DNA of 64,000 nt from Tubiluchus corallicola. Lineage: Eukaryota; Animalia; Priapulida. Positions 40,084 through 55,219 of the stretch are shown one piece after another. Where the stretch lies: contig JAQGDQ010000250.1 of assembly GCA_030141605.1 (NCBI GenBank), forward strand, positions 1-64,000, read 5' to 3'. The notes below the pieces were generated by a model. That model had not been told where the DNA came from. It did not search any database and saw only the letters and a program-made list of their open reading frames with translations. Every line of letters begins with the position of its first letter. The first letter of the stretch is position 1. The translations under genes were made by a program, and so were the position numbers.

Positions 40084-40773
40084 ATGATTGCTAACGAATG
40101 GCACCTGATGCAGTTAGTAGCGATTCGGTTTCAGATGGATACTATTAGTACTGTTTCTACAAATCGACCCGGACGAGTGATTCGGTTACTTACTACAATG
40201 CAGATCGATTTGACCCGATTTTCAATTAACATGCGATTACATTGAGATTATCGAGGAGCAGACGGATCGAGCTCAGCTATTGGACTTTCTTGTAAATATA
40301 TAATCATGATATGCTTTCTGGGCAGAAAGTAGTAGTAGAGGGATACAGTCGGTACAGACTGATTATGAAACCTGAAGCACTGATCATGTGACTGATGACG
40401 TCACGTCAGATTCCCTTACTAATGACAACGTTATAAAGACGAATAACCAAAAGGAAAAAGAGGCTGAAGAAGAAGAATGAAATACAAAAAAACACTGCTA
40501 AAAATGAATTACCGACAGTTCTATCAGAAATACAAAATTTGCATTGTGACTTTCAATTATTGATGCCGTTTAACTACAAAAAAGAACATTACGTTATCAA
40601 GTAATCATAGTCCTAATTAAAAAAGTACATGAATCAAAACTATAATTATTAACTGTGTTTAAAAAAATGGGTACGAATGAAACTGTCGCTTGTTAATCAA
40701 TTTAGAAAATCTTACTTTGCTGATTAATTACTAATCAAACTGATTATTATTTATGTGAACAGCTTCAATTTGC

Positions 40774-41167
40774 TGTAGCAAAAGCCATGAAAAATTTTCA
40801 CCCTCACCCCCACATTGTAGTGGCTCGATCCATTGCGAAGCCACTGCATATCAGCATTGCGTACCGGGTATAAAAGTGCTGATGTGAAGTAACCTTTCGA
40901 TTCTGCAGGTAAACGGCAGCTGTTTTACCATTACAGCACCTGTTCCGTAAACACGAACTAATATGAGGCACAAAGGACAAGGCTACTGGCGAGTTATTTC
41001 TACAAATTTCGTCTATCCTTATGTAGCAGATAAGCAACACACCTGTGTAGAAAGTTTTTCATCATCCTGGCATTGAACCCAGACCGCTTACCTTTCGAAA
41101 TACGAGGGAACAAACTGACCACTGAACGACCAATCAGACCCACTGGTGACGGCGACCCAACATCGCA
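40774..41167. mobile_element. Solo-LTR-like element, copy 2 (diverged)
   Basis: Colinear with 14216-14584 (CAGCACCTGTTCCGTA, CATCCTGGCA.TGAACCC, CGAAATACGAGG); TSD not preserved. Confidence 0.65.
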
Positions 41168-41761
41168 GCACTATTGTTATCGATGCAGCATCATTTGTCA
41201 GTTTACAACAATACCTCTGCCCTTAAATCTATAATCTTGATGAGCCAAAGCCTTTCTGTCACAGACGTTCATGTTTAAGGAGCCTAGAAATCCTGCCATG
41301 ACTGCTAGATTCTGATTTGCTCTTTGTCCAACTACATGTATGTAAAACATGCCATTACGAAAACACGACGTAAAATGTGTCACTTTTAGTTTCATCATGT
41401 AATTTTAATGACATAACCTTATATAGTCATGCACAAGTGGTCTGTTGGACCGCTTGACCTACCATGTATAATTTGTTGCTTGAAACTGTGCCGTATTATA
41501 AATAGCTTCGTTTGTCTTTGATCATTTCTGATGCTGTTCTTATCATTGATTCCTAGGGGCTTCGTGTTACGCAAAGGCTTCCAATCCCAAAGACACACGC
41601 GTGTACCACGGTTGTTCTAACTGTTGGAACAAGCTCAGCAAAACGCGTGGGAAAAACGTTTTAAATGAAAAGCACGAGTCATGAATAAGTTAAGCACAGC
41701 AGCTTTGGAAATTCAATAAGTTTCCTGAAAAACGCAAAAAACGCAATCAGTCACACCATAG

Positions 41762-41931
41762 CAGAGGGTAATGCCGGAAAATAAGTGAAAAACAGCAATT
41801 TTATCTGGTTTTGAATGTTTTTTCTAGACACGTGTAACATCGTTTTCAGAGGGTAATGCCGGAAAATAAGTGAAAAACTGCAATTTTATCCGGTTTTGAA
41901 TGCTTTTTTCTAGACACGTGTAACAGCGTTT
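41762..41931. repeat. 85-bp tandem duplication
   Basis: CAGAGGGTAATGCCGGAAAATAAGTG... starts at 41762 and 41847, with about 4 mismatches. Confidence 0.95.
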
Positions 41932-42219
41932 TCTCTACATTAAACGGCGGCATATTTGTGACAATGTTGCAGTTCAGCTTCCCCGTAACGTCTGGATGGA
42001 CCTGGTCGATCATCTGAGAAGAGGCCATCAAATATAATTAGGACAAAGTGTCTATGATGGGCAGTCTAAATGACCTCTATTTGTTAATAAGTTTCGAATG
42101 AGCAAAATAAAACAACACCGCCAGCTAATTGCAAAAACAACACAAACACAACAAAATTATTTAATTAAGAAAAACTGAAAAAAGTTTCCTGAAAAAAATT
42201 ATGCTTTCTTCTCAACAAC

Positions 42220-42932
<713 letters not shown>

Positions 42933-43560
42933 GAGTAGCTGGAGGAGGAGGAAGTGGAAGATTATCAAGATTCCAGTACTGCTACAACCATCAGCATCAA
43001 TAAACCCAGCTTAAATGTTCGATTACGACCTATAGTATGCTCAACTACAGTATATGTAAAAAATCGAATTAGGAATTGCTTGAATATCCCATCGTATAAC
43101 AGAAGTCGCACGTATTGACACATAAAGAGTTTAAACATTTTGTACGCGACAACTTGTGTCGACAGCAGCTGGAAAATGGCGACTGTAATCTTGTCTAATT
43201 CTCGATAAAATAATTAGTTGCCTGTATATAAGAAGCAGTAGCTAGGAAAATTGTGTTATTATAGTCAACAACAGAACTATATGATTAGTTCTTCAGTTGC
43301 CCTATATTATAGATTAGACGTCAGTATAATAATAGTCGATAATTCTACTTCCTCTGCTCTGATTACCCCGTTTCCGTATTACGATTTAGCGTTGTTCGAA
43401 TTCTGTATGAAATTTACAGGTTACATAGATTCTAAATTTACGTCTCTGTGCAGCTAGTTTGTTTATCTTACGCTTACGTTACGTTACGCTTTCACTTTCG
43501 GTTTCAAATTAACAAAATTATATTAAGGACGACAGTCTACGTAGTATAACTTTCTCAACT

Positions 43561-44722
43561 ATCACAGTGCTTCAGAACTGCATATCTCACCACTCACAGT
43601 GTATCAGAACTGCTTAACACACCAATAACAATGTATCAGAACTGCATATTACACCAATTACAGTGTATCAGAACTGCATATTACACCAATCACAGTGTAT
43701 CAGAACTGCATATTACACCAATCACAGTGTATCAGAACTGCATATTACACCAATCACAGTGTATCAGAACTGCATATTACACCAATCTCAGTGCATCAGA
43801 ACTGCATATCCCACCACTCGCAGTGTATCAGAACTGCATATTACACCAGTCACAGTGTATCAGAACTGCATATTACACCAGTCACAGTGTATCAGAACTG
43901 CATATCCCACCACTCGCAGTGTATCAGAACTGCATATTACACCAGTCACAGTGTATCAGAACTGCATATTACACCAATCACAGTGTATCAGACCTGCATA
44001 TTACACCAGTCACAGTGTATCAGAACTGCATATTACACCAGTCACAGTGTATCAGAACTGCATATTACACCAATCACAGTGTATCAGAACTGCATATTAC
44101 ACCACTCGCAGTGTATCAGAACTGCATATTACACCAATCTCAGTGCATCAGAACTGCATATCACACCACTCGCAGTGTATCAGAACTGCATATTACACCA
44201 GTCACAGTGTATCAGAACTGCATATCACACCAATCACAGTGTATCAGACCTGCATATTACACCAGTCACAGTGTATCAGAACTGCATATTACACCAATCA
44301 CAGTGTATCAGACCTGCATATTACACCAGTCACAGTGTATCAGAACTGCATATTACACCAATCTCAGTGCATCAGAACTGCATATCACACCACTCGCAGT
44401 GTATCAGAACTGCATATTACACCAATCACAGTGCATCAGAACTGCATATTACACCAATAACAGTGTATCAGAACTGCATATTACACCAATCACAGTGTAT
44501 CAGACCTGCATATTACACCAATCACAGTGTATCAGACCTGCATATCACACCACTCGCAGTGTATCAGAACTGCATATTACACCAATCTCAGTGCATCAGA
44601 ACTGCATATCACACCACTCGCAGTGTATCAGAACTGCATATTACACCAATCACAGTGCATCAGAACTGCATATTACACCAATAACAGTGTATCAGAACTG
44701 CATATTACACCAATCACAGTGT
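43561..44722. repeat. 32-bp minisatellite, about 36 copies, with a decayed extension to about 45060
   Basis: Unit CACAGTGTATCAGAACTGCATATTACACCAAT with recurring variant units; no unique spacers. Confidence 0.97.
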
Positions 44723-45618
44723 TATATAACTGACCTTCACATTCATCACACTGCTATAGAACTACTTTTCATGCCGTTCAGCGCGTTACGGAACGGAACT
44801 GCCTTGACATACTTATCACATATTACAGAGTTGTGCTTTACACCATTCATGGTGCTATTTAACTGTCTTTCACACAATTCATTCTGTTACATAAACTGCG
44901 TTTCACACTTATCACAGAGCTTCAGAATTGCCTCTTTCACACCATTCACAGTCTTACGTAAATGCCTTTCACACCATTACCGTACTACACATTCACACTT
45001 ATCACTATATCACAGTGTTACCCCTTCACGCGTATCACATTGTTACAGTACTGCCTTTCACAATTATCGGGGTAGCAAGATTGTTTCGGCACCATTTATT
45101 GTTGCCGAACTGCACTGAGAAACATTGTTGAGAAAGCTAGCACAAAAAATTATGGGAACTGCATAATAATATTTCATGATCAGGGTTAAAAATGCCAGGG
45201 CTAGTCTTAGAAATGCTAAAATCAAATCTTAGAACTGCATATTACGATTAGAACCCCTTTTAATTTACTTCGCCACTTGTTGTTTGCGAGAAACTCTTTC
45301 TTTAGCAAAAAGAAGACGAAAATAAATGATTACGTAACGGATTAATGAGGCAGAAACCACCAGCAAAAGATTTACTGCCTACACGAAACGTGCTTAATAA
45401 AATACTGTGAAATTAAAGTGGGAGAAACTCTATCGTATCGCAATGTTGTCTACAATCAGTGTGATTTAAATTCATAGCGTACTAACAGTTAGCCATGTTT
45501 ACAACAAAACATTCAGCGAAGCCAGAGTGATGCATCACCAGCTAAATCCAATCTGCTCTTTGTGTTACTATTGACCAATGTCTGTTCACGTCTAGCCTAT
45601 CCATCCATATAGATAAAC

Positions 45619-48348
45619 AGAAGTTTTACACTTTGTTGACAAGTGTAACTGATCAATTTCTCGTGTGGTAGAGTACATTGTTGTGAGTAATGATGAAAAG
45701 ATTAATAGAATGGAAGTAAATGCCAGGCAACATGCATACTCGTGCTTCAACGAACAGGAGAAAGTTGCACTGTGTATGAGGTCCGCGGGTGCCGCAGCTT
45801 TTTTATTCGTAACTTGAAATTGGTCCCGCTAGCCATAGTTTTTTCATCTTTATGCTATGTAAATGACTCAGTCTTGCCGAAGCAGTCACTCGTCTCTTTA
45901 CTCACCTGACCATCTGATTCATTAAACTTGATCAGAATAGAAACATTTTTCAACTTTGTTAGCTTATAATGTTGAATTTACATAGTAGCATCTTCTATGT
46001 TACAGCTATTTTAATACAGTGAATAAAGAAAGAGAGAAAATGCCTTTATCTATAGTCAATTTTCGAGATCCTTAAACAAGCAAAAGAAACCAGTAATGAA
46101 GTCCAACTTTATGGCAAAGAATAGATTACAATGACTGTAATCAGTTATAATTTGAATTAAAGGTAGGCTAGATGACAGTAATAACTACCAAACTATACCA
46201 GCAAATCTAAGCAAAGGAAAGGGATGAAATTGAAAGAACTCAAAATGAGTAATCCCGAAAATCTTGTCTTTTGTAAGAAATTTCACAGTAGAATTTAAAC
46301 GTATAAAAAAGGAGAATAATGGTTATATATACTCTTATTTTTGTTCATGTTCGTTCATTAATATATTAACTAGCAAAGGCCCCGCAAAAGATTTTGCGTA
46401 TAAATACACGTGTAATCAATAATACGCAAACGTCCTACCAAGTCCTCATTTATAACACAAAGCCCGTAACATCCTGCCTACTTGCCTAACGCAAAGCCTG
46501 TAGCCCGTAACATCATGCCTACTGTATGTCTGTTTATCTAACGCAAAGCCAGCAGAGTACAATGGATGACGTCAGCACAATGGAATGCGTTAGGACAGTT
46601 TTCTAAGCGAAAATTGCCGAAAATAGAACATCTAATTAACTCGCTAGTACTCCTCTCGGTGGACCTGCCCTAACATATAGCCCACATCATCGTGTAGCCC
46701 TATCCTTCCTCTTTCTGATGAGCTATATATCTCCTTCCTAGAGTCCCACCGAGCGACGCTAGAACGTTTTTCCCACATGGTGTTTGGTCAAAATTTCGAA
46801 AAAATCGCGAGCTGGGTCCGGGAAAACGCCCGTTGCGGGGCGCCCTGGCCCTCTCGGGAATTCTAAATATGCCTACTACACCCACCGCTGAACGGGCTAT
46901 CTATCCATACCCAGTACCCCCCTCGGCCCGTTCCCGTTCTCTACATCTCAGCCGTATAACTTTTGCAATTTTTTGCAAAAAACGGTCGAAAAAGGGGCAT
47001 TTTTGGAGGTTTTTCGCCTCCCCTTTCTCCCGGTGGGCCCGATTCGAAAAATAAACCATCAATGAGAAGACACTAGATCGAGACCTTTCGTTTGATATAT
47101 AGATCACCGCAAATGGTGCCCTCGTCCGGGCTGTAGCCTCGAATCTTATATATATATAAATATACCAAGAATATTAATATAAGAGATTGTTTACCATTTA
47201 TTTCGATAATGCTTTCAGTCGTTTTTGTGCCCAGTTTTGAACTTGAATCAGCCCCTCAGAAGACCTACCGGACCTATGGACTTATTAGGCAAAAAGCCAA
47301 CCGTGACATCCCAACGCAACACGAGATTAATTCTGGCTTCACGTTTTCTTGGCGTTCATTAATAACGCGTTTATCAAACATTTTAAACGCTATACAATTT
47401 AAAGCTTGTGAAATTTCGAGACTTCTGTGTTGATGGTCTAATTACAATTTGTTGATTAACTTATTGCTTGAAGCTTGCAGAAGCTAGTTAAGTGCGCGAA
47501 TTGTAAATAGAAGCATGGATACGCCTCGCGCAGGCGAGCACTCTTGTTGAGCCGTGATAATATCAATCACTCACTTCAGGAAAAACTCTGACTAAAAAGT
47601 TGCTCCATTATTCGATAGGAAACTTCAAAGTCTTATCATTCTAATGTTGCTTGAGAAAATGAGTTGCACGAATCGGTTGCTTACAACTAATTACCTAACA
47701 CCAATTCCAAGTAATAACATGGAATGTAATGTGGGATAAACAAAAGACTTGGGCCTGCTGATTTTCACATGTAGATTCCGCACTTTTTCTCAAAATGGAA
47801 CGCATGAATGAATCTTGAATCCTTGTTAATTAAAAATAAATTAACTCGCGTCAATTAAACCTGCTCAAAATCTTCTGTTCTGAGGTGAGCCGATTTGAGT
47901 TACGAGTGTCCCGGAACACGGCCAGGAATGTAGGAAATGTTTGGGGTTGTTTATTCACTGTTAATCAAAGGTATATCTAAATGTAACTGTAAACCATTTA
48001 AATGATTTCTCGTTGATCAAAAATCAGAAGCGGTATTTTTGGGATCATACAGGTTGATTGGCGGTGGCGGACTACTCAAGTTTATAGCAACTACGTTTGG
48101 CATCGGCAGATCAGCTTCAGAACATTCTAATTCCGGGTGTATACTGTATAGACAGCCCGTAAAGCAGCTGCAGCACCCTCGTACCTCATACACAGTACAA
48201 TTTTCTCCAGTTTAATAAAGCACGAGTATTAATATGTTGCCTGGCACTTACTTCCATTCTATTAATCTTTTCATCATTACCCACAACAATGTACTCTAAC
48301 ATACGAGAAATTGATTAGTTACACTTGTCAACAAAGTGTAAAACTTCT
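45619..48348. repeat. Inverted repeat pair, arms about 45619-45800 and 48161-48348
   Basis: AGAAGTTTTACACTTTGTTGACAAGTGTAACT...GATGAAAAGATTAATAGAATGGAAGTAA vs its reverse complement. The right copy is bounded by a 19-bp direct repeat (48142-48160, 48374-48392). Confidence 0.9.
46370..47160 (-). mobile_element. Non-autonomous Helitron
   Basis: Minus-strand 3' end has hairpin CGCAAAA-TC-TTTTGCG (46398-46383), then CTAG|T at 46370. The 5' end TTTATATATATATAAG resembles TCTATATATA Helitron starts. Interior is GC-richer. Confidence 0.75.
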
Positions 48349-48483
48349 ATACTGTCCGTTTCCTACACGTCTGTACTGTATAGACAGCCCGTTTTATCAA
48401 CTACGTAAATAAATGACTTTTGAATAAATAAACACCTAAGTAAAATCGACGGAGATAAACAAAGTGCTTGTCTGATTGTTTAA

Positions 48484-49130
48484 AGCATAAGAAAACCCTC
48501 CATAAACATGAAGCTTAAAAAAGCTTAAAAGGCTTACGTACTGCCTTTTGACGTACAGGACTTCAATCGGCATTCACGTTGTATAAAACATCTAAATTTA
48601 AACTCCTAAGATGACCGTTAGACGCACCCATTTTGACGACAGGTCATTTGAAACAAGTTTAGATAACATTTTGTAAACTTTGAGAAAATGATCAGAGCAT
48701 TCGCAGCGCACACGCAGAAAAATTGAGAAAACTTCACTACCTGAGAAAAATTTTAAATTACTGTATCTTATCAATAAAATTAAAAATACGTTTTTGGTTA
48801 GTGAGTGGTGCACCCCGGAGGGTGAGTCAACCACATTTTACCAAATTTTCTTTTCTAGTTACATAAGTCTTTCCAGCAGGTAAGCGAAAATCTAAGTAAT
48901 ATAGATTTGCATAAAAAGTTTTTTGGGAGATAGTTTAACATTTCCTTTTCTTCCCTGATTTACGTTGTGCGTATATAACGTCATGTAATGGCGCCGTCGG
49001 AACAGTATTACGAAGATTTAAAATGAAGGCAAACAAAAATTCATTTCAATCCGAGTACGATATATGCATAAAATTTCGACAAAGTAATGTAATTTTTAAG
49101 GTGATTTTTCTGAAACCCTTTTCTTGTCCT
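48484..49130. mobile_element. Kolobok/T2-like MITE family C, copy 2 (inverted relative to copy 1)
   Basis: TTAA|AGCATAAGAAAA...TTTTCTTGTCCT|TTAA; reverse-complement colinear with 27778-28445. Confidence 0.85.
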
Positions 49131-51093
49131 TTAAGTACACTGTATATGTAAACAAGGTACATATGTCGTCTGTTTATACTAACGACACAGATTGTTGCAT
49201 AGAAACTTCGTAAAGCTCCTTATACGACTCTCTGTATTACCCAGATTGAAAAGCTTTGAAGATGTCAACTTCAACAAGAAAGTAGGTATTTCACACGTGC
49301 TTAGTATTATTTCAAGGTGACCTCCGTCTTTATCCTGTGCTTTTGCTTTCCCTTTCAACCGTTTTTCTCTTAAAAGTACGGCCACACAGATGTTATGAAT
49401 GATAAAACCGCTTGTGATCATACAGACGTGAAATTTGATGGAATCTTGCAGTTTAACATAATTGTAAACAGTTACACTTTAAGTTTTAATGGCGTATTGT
49501 CAGTTGCACACGGCTTTCGAAGTCTTAATTTCTTGTCATTAGTATATATGGTGGGATATTAGTATAATCTGATGGGAAGTAATGATTTAGAAGGCATTTA
49601 CTGGTTATGTTGAAAAAGCGTTTTTAAGGCAGGATGAACAACAAAGTATCTAATGATCATATCATCGAAAATGAGGCCTGATGAATGACAATTTATTTTA
49701 AATACTAATCATTAAACTTTTCCTCTAAATAACTAAAATAACTAACAGGAAGATTTTAATAATTTATATTTGTTTTATTAGTAATTGTTTTGTTTGTCTG
49801 TAGCGTCATTATATTTCAAAATTGATATTGTATGTCTGCCTTGCTTTTTTATATTGTATGCATTTTTGACACTATATATATATATATATATACTCTTTGA
49901 AGTATTGAGTGTATTGATAAGCTGGAATAAGACCAGAAATAAATTCTCCGCTTAACTCGGCTTCAACTCAAATCACTACTCAGATCTCAAGTCAATTTTT
50001 GTACCCTTACATGGCTCTTTTAGTGACAACGTAGAGTAAGAGCAAAATGGGTCGATCTATTACATATACCCTAAGCAATTTTGACACCAAAAACAAAGCT
50101 ATTGCTAGCATCATCAATACAACTACAGTGGAAACAACGATGACAGTCACATCGCGGCTAAGAATCTCAGTTGCAATAGCAAGAACTTTCCAATGCTATC
50201 TGCAAACGTAGGATTTGATTATTGCTTTTGCTATTACTCCGTTTTTCACCAGCAATTCCTTTGGGTTGGGGGAAATTGGAGCACACTTGTGTTTCTAAAG
50301 TAAGATTGGCTCACTGCAGCCAATTTATTTACAAAGCTGCTTATTTAGTAAACAATCTGATTTGATTTGCAGCGAGATTTATAGGCAGTGCGTGACGTGA
50401 TTATATGCAGTTGTCGGAAACTCATTTCCGAAGTAAGCAAATTACTATTTGCTCTGTATGAATAACTGTACGAAGTACTTAAAGAAAGAATACATAATAA
50501 TTACTTCTGTAGTTCTATTGTACAAGTATGTGTCTACGAAATCAGTTTTATCGCATCATTAACCGTGTAATTGTTTAATGAATAGGCCAGGTAAAAAGTC
50601 CAAGGCTGGAAATAACTCGTTGGGAAAAACCTGGCGGCCATGACAGTTGACGGAGCAGGTTTTTCCGCACGTTAAGAGGCAAAGCTTACCTACGTATAGG
50701 AGCCGTTTTCCTCATGTAATAAATAAACTAAGTGTGTCGAGAGTAAAGAATCCCATGATATATTGAATTGTTAATTTCGTGACGTTGACTAACGCTATTT
50801 TGTTTTATTTACAGGTCATGTTGTGAAGTTATTATGTTGCTATGTTGTGTCGTTATATATGAAGTGATAATGTAAATAAGTACATCACGATGTTTTAGCT
50901 CATTTGTTTATTGCTTTCATTTACAAATATGTACAGGTGGAACAGCAATCAAACACTAATAATAAACCTTATGAGAACAAACTTTAGATAAAACATTTAG
51001 TTTCTCTCACATCGGCTCTCCCACCTTTTCTTGGACCAAAATAAATTCCCCGTTCTCGACCTGATGCCTGACTTTTATTTTTGTTCTCTACAG

Positions 51094-51822
51094 CAGTGTT
51101 GGTAGTAGTAGTAGTAGTGCAACTACCGTAGTGTCACTATAATTAGTAGTGCTGGAGTACCGCCACTACTTTGAAAATAAGTAGCGGTAAATTTTTATTT
51201 CATTAACATTAACTTTAAACAGTTACTTAGCGACAGACAGCAACTTTAAACGGTTGCTTAGCGACAGACAGCAACTTTAAACAGTTGCCTAGCGACAGAC
51301 AGCAACTTTAAACAGTTGGTTAGCGACAGACAGCAACTTTAAACAGTTGCTTAGCGACAGACAGCAACTTTAAACAGTTGATCAGCGACAGGTAGCAACT
51401 TTAAACAGTTGCTTTGTGCCAACTTTTAAAAATTAATTTTTTAAGTAAATAAACTAGTTTGAAGCATGACACAAAGTAACAGTGTGGTGTGAATGATATT
51501 TTAATGAATAATTTACTATTAATACCATTACATTGACAATGTATGAATGGCCTGCAAGTGTCTGTTTATAATCATAAATAAGCTGTTTAGTTAGAACCTT
51601 GGTGTAATTTCGTGCAATTTGTGTTTACACTTTACCTGCCACTTAGCAATTTAATTATCACTATCAACAAGCACCATGCATGTGCAGAGTTGCAGTGTAC
51701 TACACACAGTGTTTAGAAGTAATCGCGAAACAAAATATAGTACCTATTGTTGTGCCACTACATTTCAAGAGAGTGATTTTTTGTAGTGATACTATGTTTT
51801 AAAAGTAATTGACCCAACACTG
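51094..51822. mobile_element. hAT-like MITE with an internal 31-bp tandem array (51211-51414)
   Basis: TIRs CAGTGTTGG / CCAACACTG, GTAGT/ACTAC subterminal repeats, and about 6.6 copies of AACTTTAAACAGTTGCTTAGCGACAGACAGC. TSD not preserved. Confidence 0.75.
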
Positions 51823-52632
51823 GTTATACGATATAACAATCTCGCCTTCCCAGATTAGTAAAGTAATGATCTTTCCCTAACTGCGCGGCGTACATCAAAG
51901 GTTAAAATCAAATATCGAGTAACTAGCCAGTGGGCTATAATGCAACTCTGCTTTGTTTTTCGTACAATTTAACACTATTCAGTTTTTCCCGGCCACATTA
52001 GCGAACTCGCAAAAACGGGTAGAAATGCTGAAAAGTCGCGATACAATTAATCCAGACCAAGATGGGGGAACTTAATTTCAACTGCCTGGATGCGATGACA
52101 ACTTAGTTTCTAAATAAATTCACTCTAGATTGGTTTTCGGACGTTCGCAGGATGGCAACGAAAATACCTACTTTGATTTTGCTAGAAAGGTGGCAATTTT
52201 TCTTTACTTATACGTGTGGTAATCGCCTGTTATGGATCCTCCATAATTATAATTGTCCTTGCGTTATAGGGCGCCATAAAAGCTATTCTATTAACTATAA
52301 TTATTTGCACACCAAGTAAAAGAAGTGATTGCCATGCTGCATTGATGATGATTTTCAGTATTATTTCAGTTTTTAGGCGCTGTTTTAACGAAGTTTATGT
52401 TACAGTGATCACCTGTATGGCTTATAGGTAAATTAATGCTTGTTATTATGGTTTCAAATGCAAGACTCGCTAAATAAATTGAAAATAAAAAAACCTTTTT
52501 GAGGGAAACATCAGCGATTTTGCACATGTGTACGGAACAATAATTGACTGTCTCTCAGGTGTCCATATTCACATCATAAAACAAATATTAAACCATACAC
52601 GTCTCTGATATAGATGCTACAGAAAACGTTAG

Positions 52633-53236
52633 AGCAAAACCGGACCCAATCTTAAACCGTAGGTAAAAACAATCTACTCTTTAAAATATTGAAAGGGAAC
52701 ATATTGTTTTTTCAAAAATGACTTGCGTGAAAGAATTATTACCACACAAATACAATTTCACGTTCACGCCATTAGTTCTTCGCTGTTACGTGCATTTCGC
52801 CATTCTCTAGTTAGACGGGCACTAGCGCCTGCATTTCGTAAGCGCATTACACAAAAATAGGTGTTGTACCTCTCAGTTCAGATGTGTTAGTTTCTGATAA
52901 ACTACGCGCGTTCGACAGCTCATGAGTGCGCACAGCGATAAATTTGAAATTTTAATTTTAATCTTAAACCATGCCTAGTTTTAGTACAACACACTAAATA
53001 TCTTACAGTAGCACTGTACTTCAATTTTCGCAAACACGTGCAACACACTCGTAGAATATTTTTGCCGTTAAAAATCATGTTAGTTTGTGATGACATCAAT
53101 AGTTGTGCTCGCTAGCCGTTAATTAAGTTTTTAATCTATTATTTAATTATCAGAAACACTTTTGCAGTATTAATCGTGTTAAAATGTATACTTTTTATCA
53201 GACTTGAAAATGGGGTAGTATATGAAAATTCATCCT
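52633..53236. mobile_element. Kolobok/T2-like MITE family B, copy 2 (inverted)
   Basis: Reverse-complement colinear with 21241-21856; ends CATCCT|TTAA. Confidence 0.85.
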
Positions 53237-54129
53237 TTAATCTATTGACGTTGATATTAAACAAAAATTCCATGAATTTGCATATTTTATTATTTATATG
53301 CAACAACTTTGCACAAAATAAAATACGTGCTACTTAAATAGTACATATCCATATTATATAACACAAATGTTAAGCCACCCACTGCCATAATATAGGACTA
53401 AATAAAAATGTTAAGCTGTCCGCACATACACAATTTTTTTAGATTTTCATCTAGTACAGATGTTATAAATATTTTTTCATTTACTCAAAGTTAATTTCAG
53501 CACATTCGTACCACAAAAAATATAGGCATAAAAGAAGAATTATTTGCAAAAAAGTTTTTAAAAAGTGTTAAGTTTAAATCTATATCTTTCGTATTTTATA
53601 TACAAATGCGCATTTAACATATGAATTAAACATGCAATTTTATATGTATGTATAAATGTATAGGCCTATACATGCATGTAATACTTCACGATATTGCGCA
53701 AAATGTCGTTTTAATTGACTACATATTGCTACTGCAATGATGCCTCTGTAGTTTATGCCCGAAAGATTGGCTTCAAAAATGAGAAATTGTTTCTCTAATC
53801 ATCATACTAGATTAATTAGTAATCCGAGCATTTTCATCAGCCTTTACGATACTCCATTCAAGATTCTCTATTTCATCACTGCAAGCGAACTATGTTGATT
53901 GTAGCAAGAGCAATTCACGGTTAGCCAGCCAACCGTGACCTGTCTTGGCTTCCCACTGAACCCCATCAAATGGCAACTAAATATCATCCAGATACCCCAA
54001 TTTACACAATTTGCAGCGTTCTTATTGGCAGGATTCCACCGGAAAGTATTAACAGCGTGCGAAATTCAAGAAAGTGACTATTTGCTTGAGTGCCGTTTAA
54101 CTCCTTTAGGTAAGTTCGCCTTGCGTTAA

Positions 54130-54677
54130 AGGAAGACTGGACGATTGTTTAGACTCAATCTCATTTTAATTTACTGTCCAAAATATACATTTTCTTGCCT
54201 ATAAAATTTAACAATTGTTCCTTATATTTGAATAATTAACTTAGAAAGTTAATTGACGGCAACCGAACACAGCTATTACTTATGTCAGAAACTAACCACA
54301 GTTTGTGCAATGGCAGGCATCTTCCCTTGCGCATCAAACACATTCGCATAATTGTCATAGTACTGTTTAAACGCATGGTGTCACGAAAAATGGGCTCTAT
54401 ATCACATGACGTCAGAAACCAACACTGCAGTTCGTGATCATGCTTATCACGGTACCGCCTTCTATTTGTCGGCGTCGCGCACGTGACAAAAAGGCGCCGC
54501 TGCCAATCTTACTAGATTAACTGACCCGCGCGTAGCTTTGAAAGTTTAATGAAATATGAGTATCCGAGGTAATTATTATTTAATCTAAGCTTTGATTGAA
54601 AATAAGCTATTGCAGTTTTCAATATTTTAGAGCATTCTTTATTCTGAACTCGTGTTTACACAATCATCCGGTTTTTT
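54130..54677. mobile_element. Kolobok/T2-like MITE family A, copy 2 (inverted)
   Basis: TTAA|AGGAAGACTGGACGATTG start; reverse-complement colinear with 16988-17530. Confidence 0.88.
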
Positions 54678-55219
54678 TTAACAAAACTTTAGCGCTTAAA
54701 GGTGTTTTTGTAGAATTTACAAATAGTGTGTTTGCCATTAATTGCGTAAATATCGATTCCTAGTTGCCTTGTTGTTTATCCTATGTTCCGATCGACACAT
54801 CCATGACACTTAATGTTTTACCGCAGAAAAGCCTTTCTCTTTGCAACACGACCACCCTAGCGTAAACATGCAAACAAACGAAGATCTAAAGGCCTAATTA
54901 GGCACGTAATAAAAAATTTCACCAATCACATTGATTTACTTATGACAATATAATAACTGCAGCTATCTTAGTGGATTATTTTTCCCTTACTAATTACAAA
55001 TAATATCGGACATCATTATTATTACTGCAGAATATATACGTTCCTACCAAAACCTTCTATATGGAATCTGCCTCTGCTGGGCTCACTGCTACATACTAAG
55101 GACGTGCTTAATTGTACAAAAATGCTCAAAACAGCGCGCAACGTATAGTGTATGTACACTGCTAAAAAACGTGCTACCATTCTTCCTCTGTTTGTTAGTC
55201 TTTTCAACAAACAGCTACT

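Noticed and set aside
43561-44722. CRISPR array or zinc-finger gene
   Set aside because: Head-to-tail units without unique spacers, no cas genes, eukaryotic context. The 32-bp period cycles through frames and Cys/His spacing does not fit C2H2.
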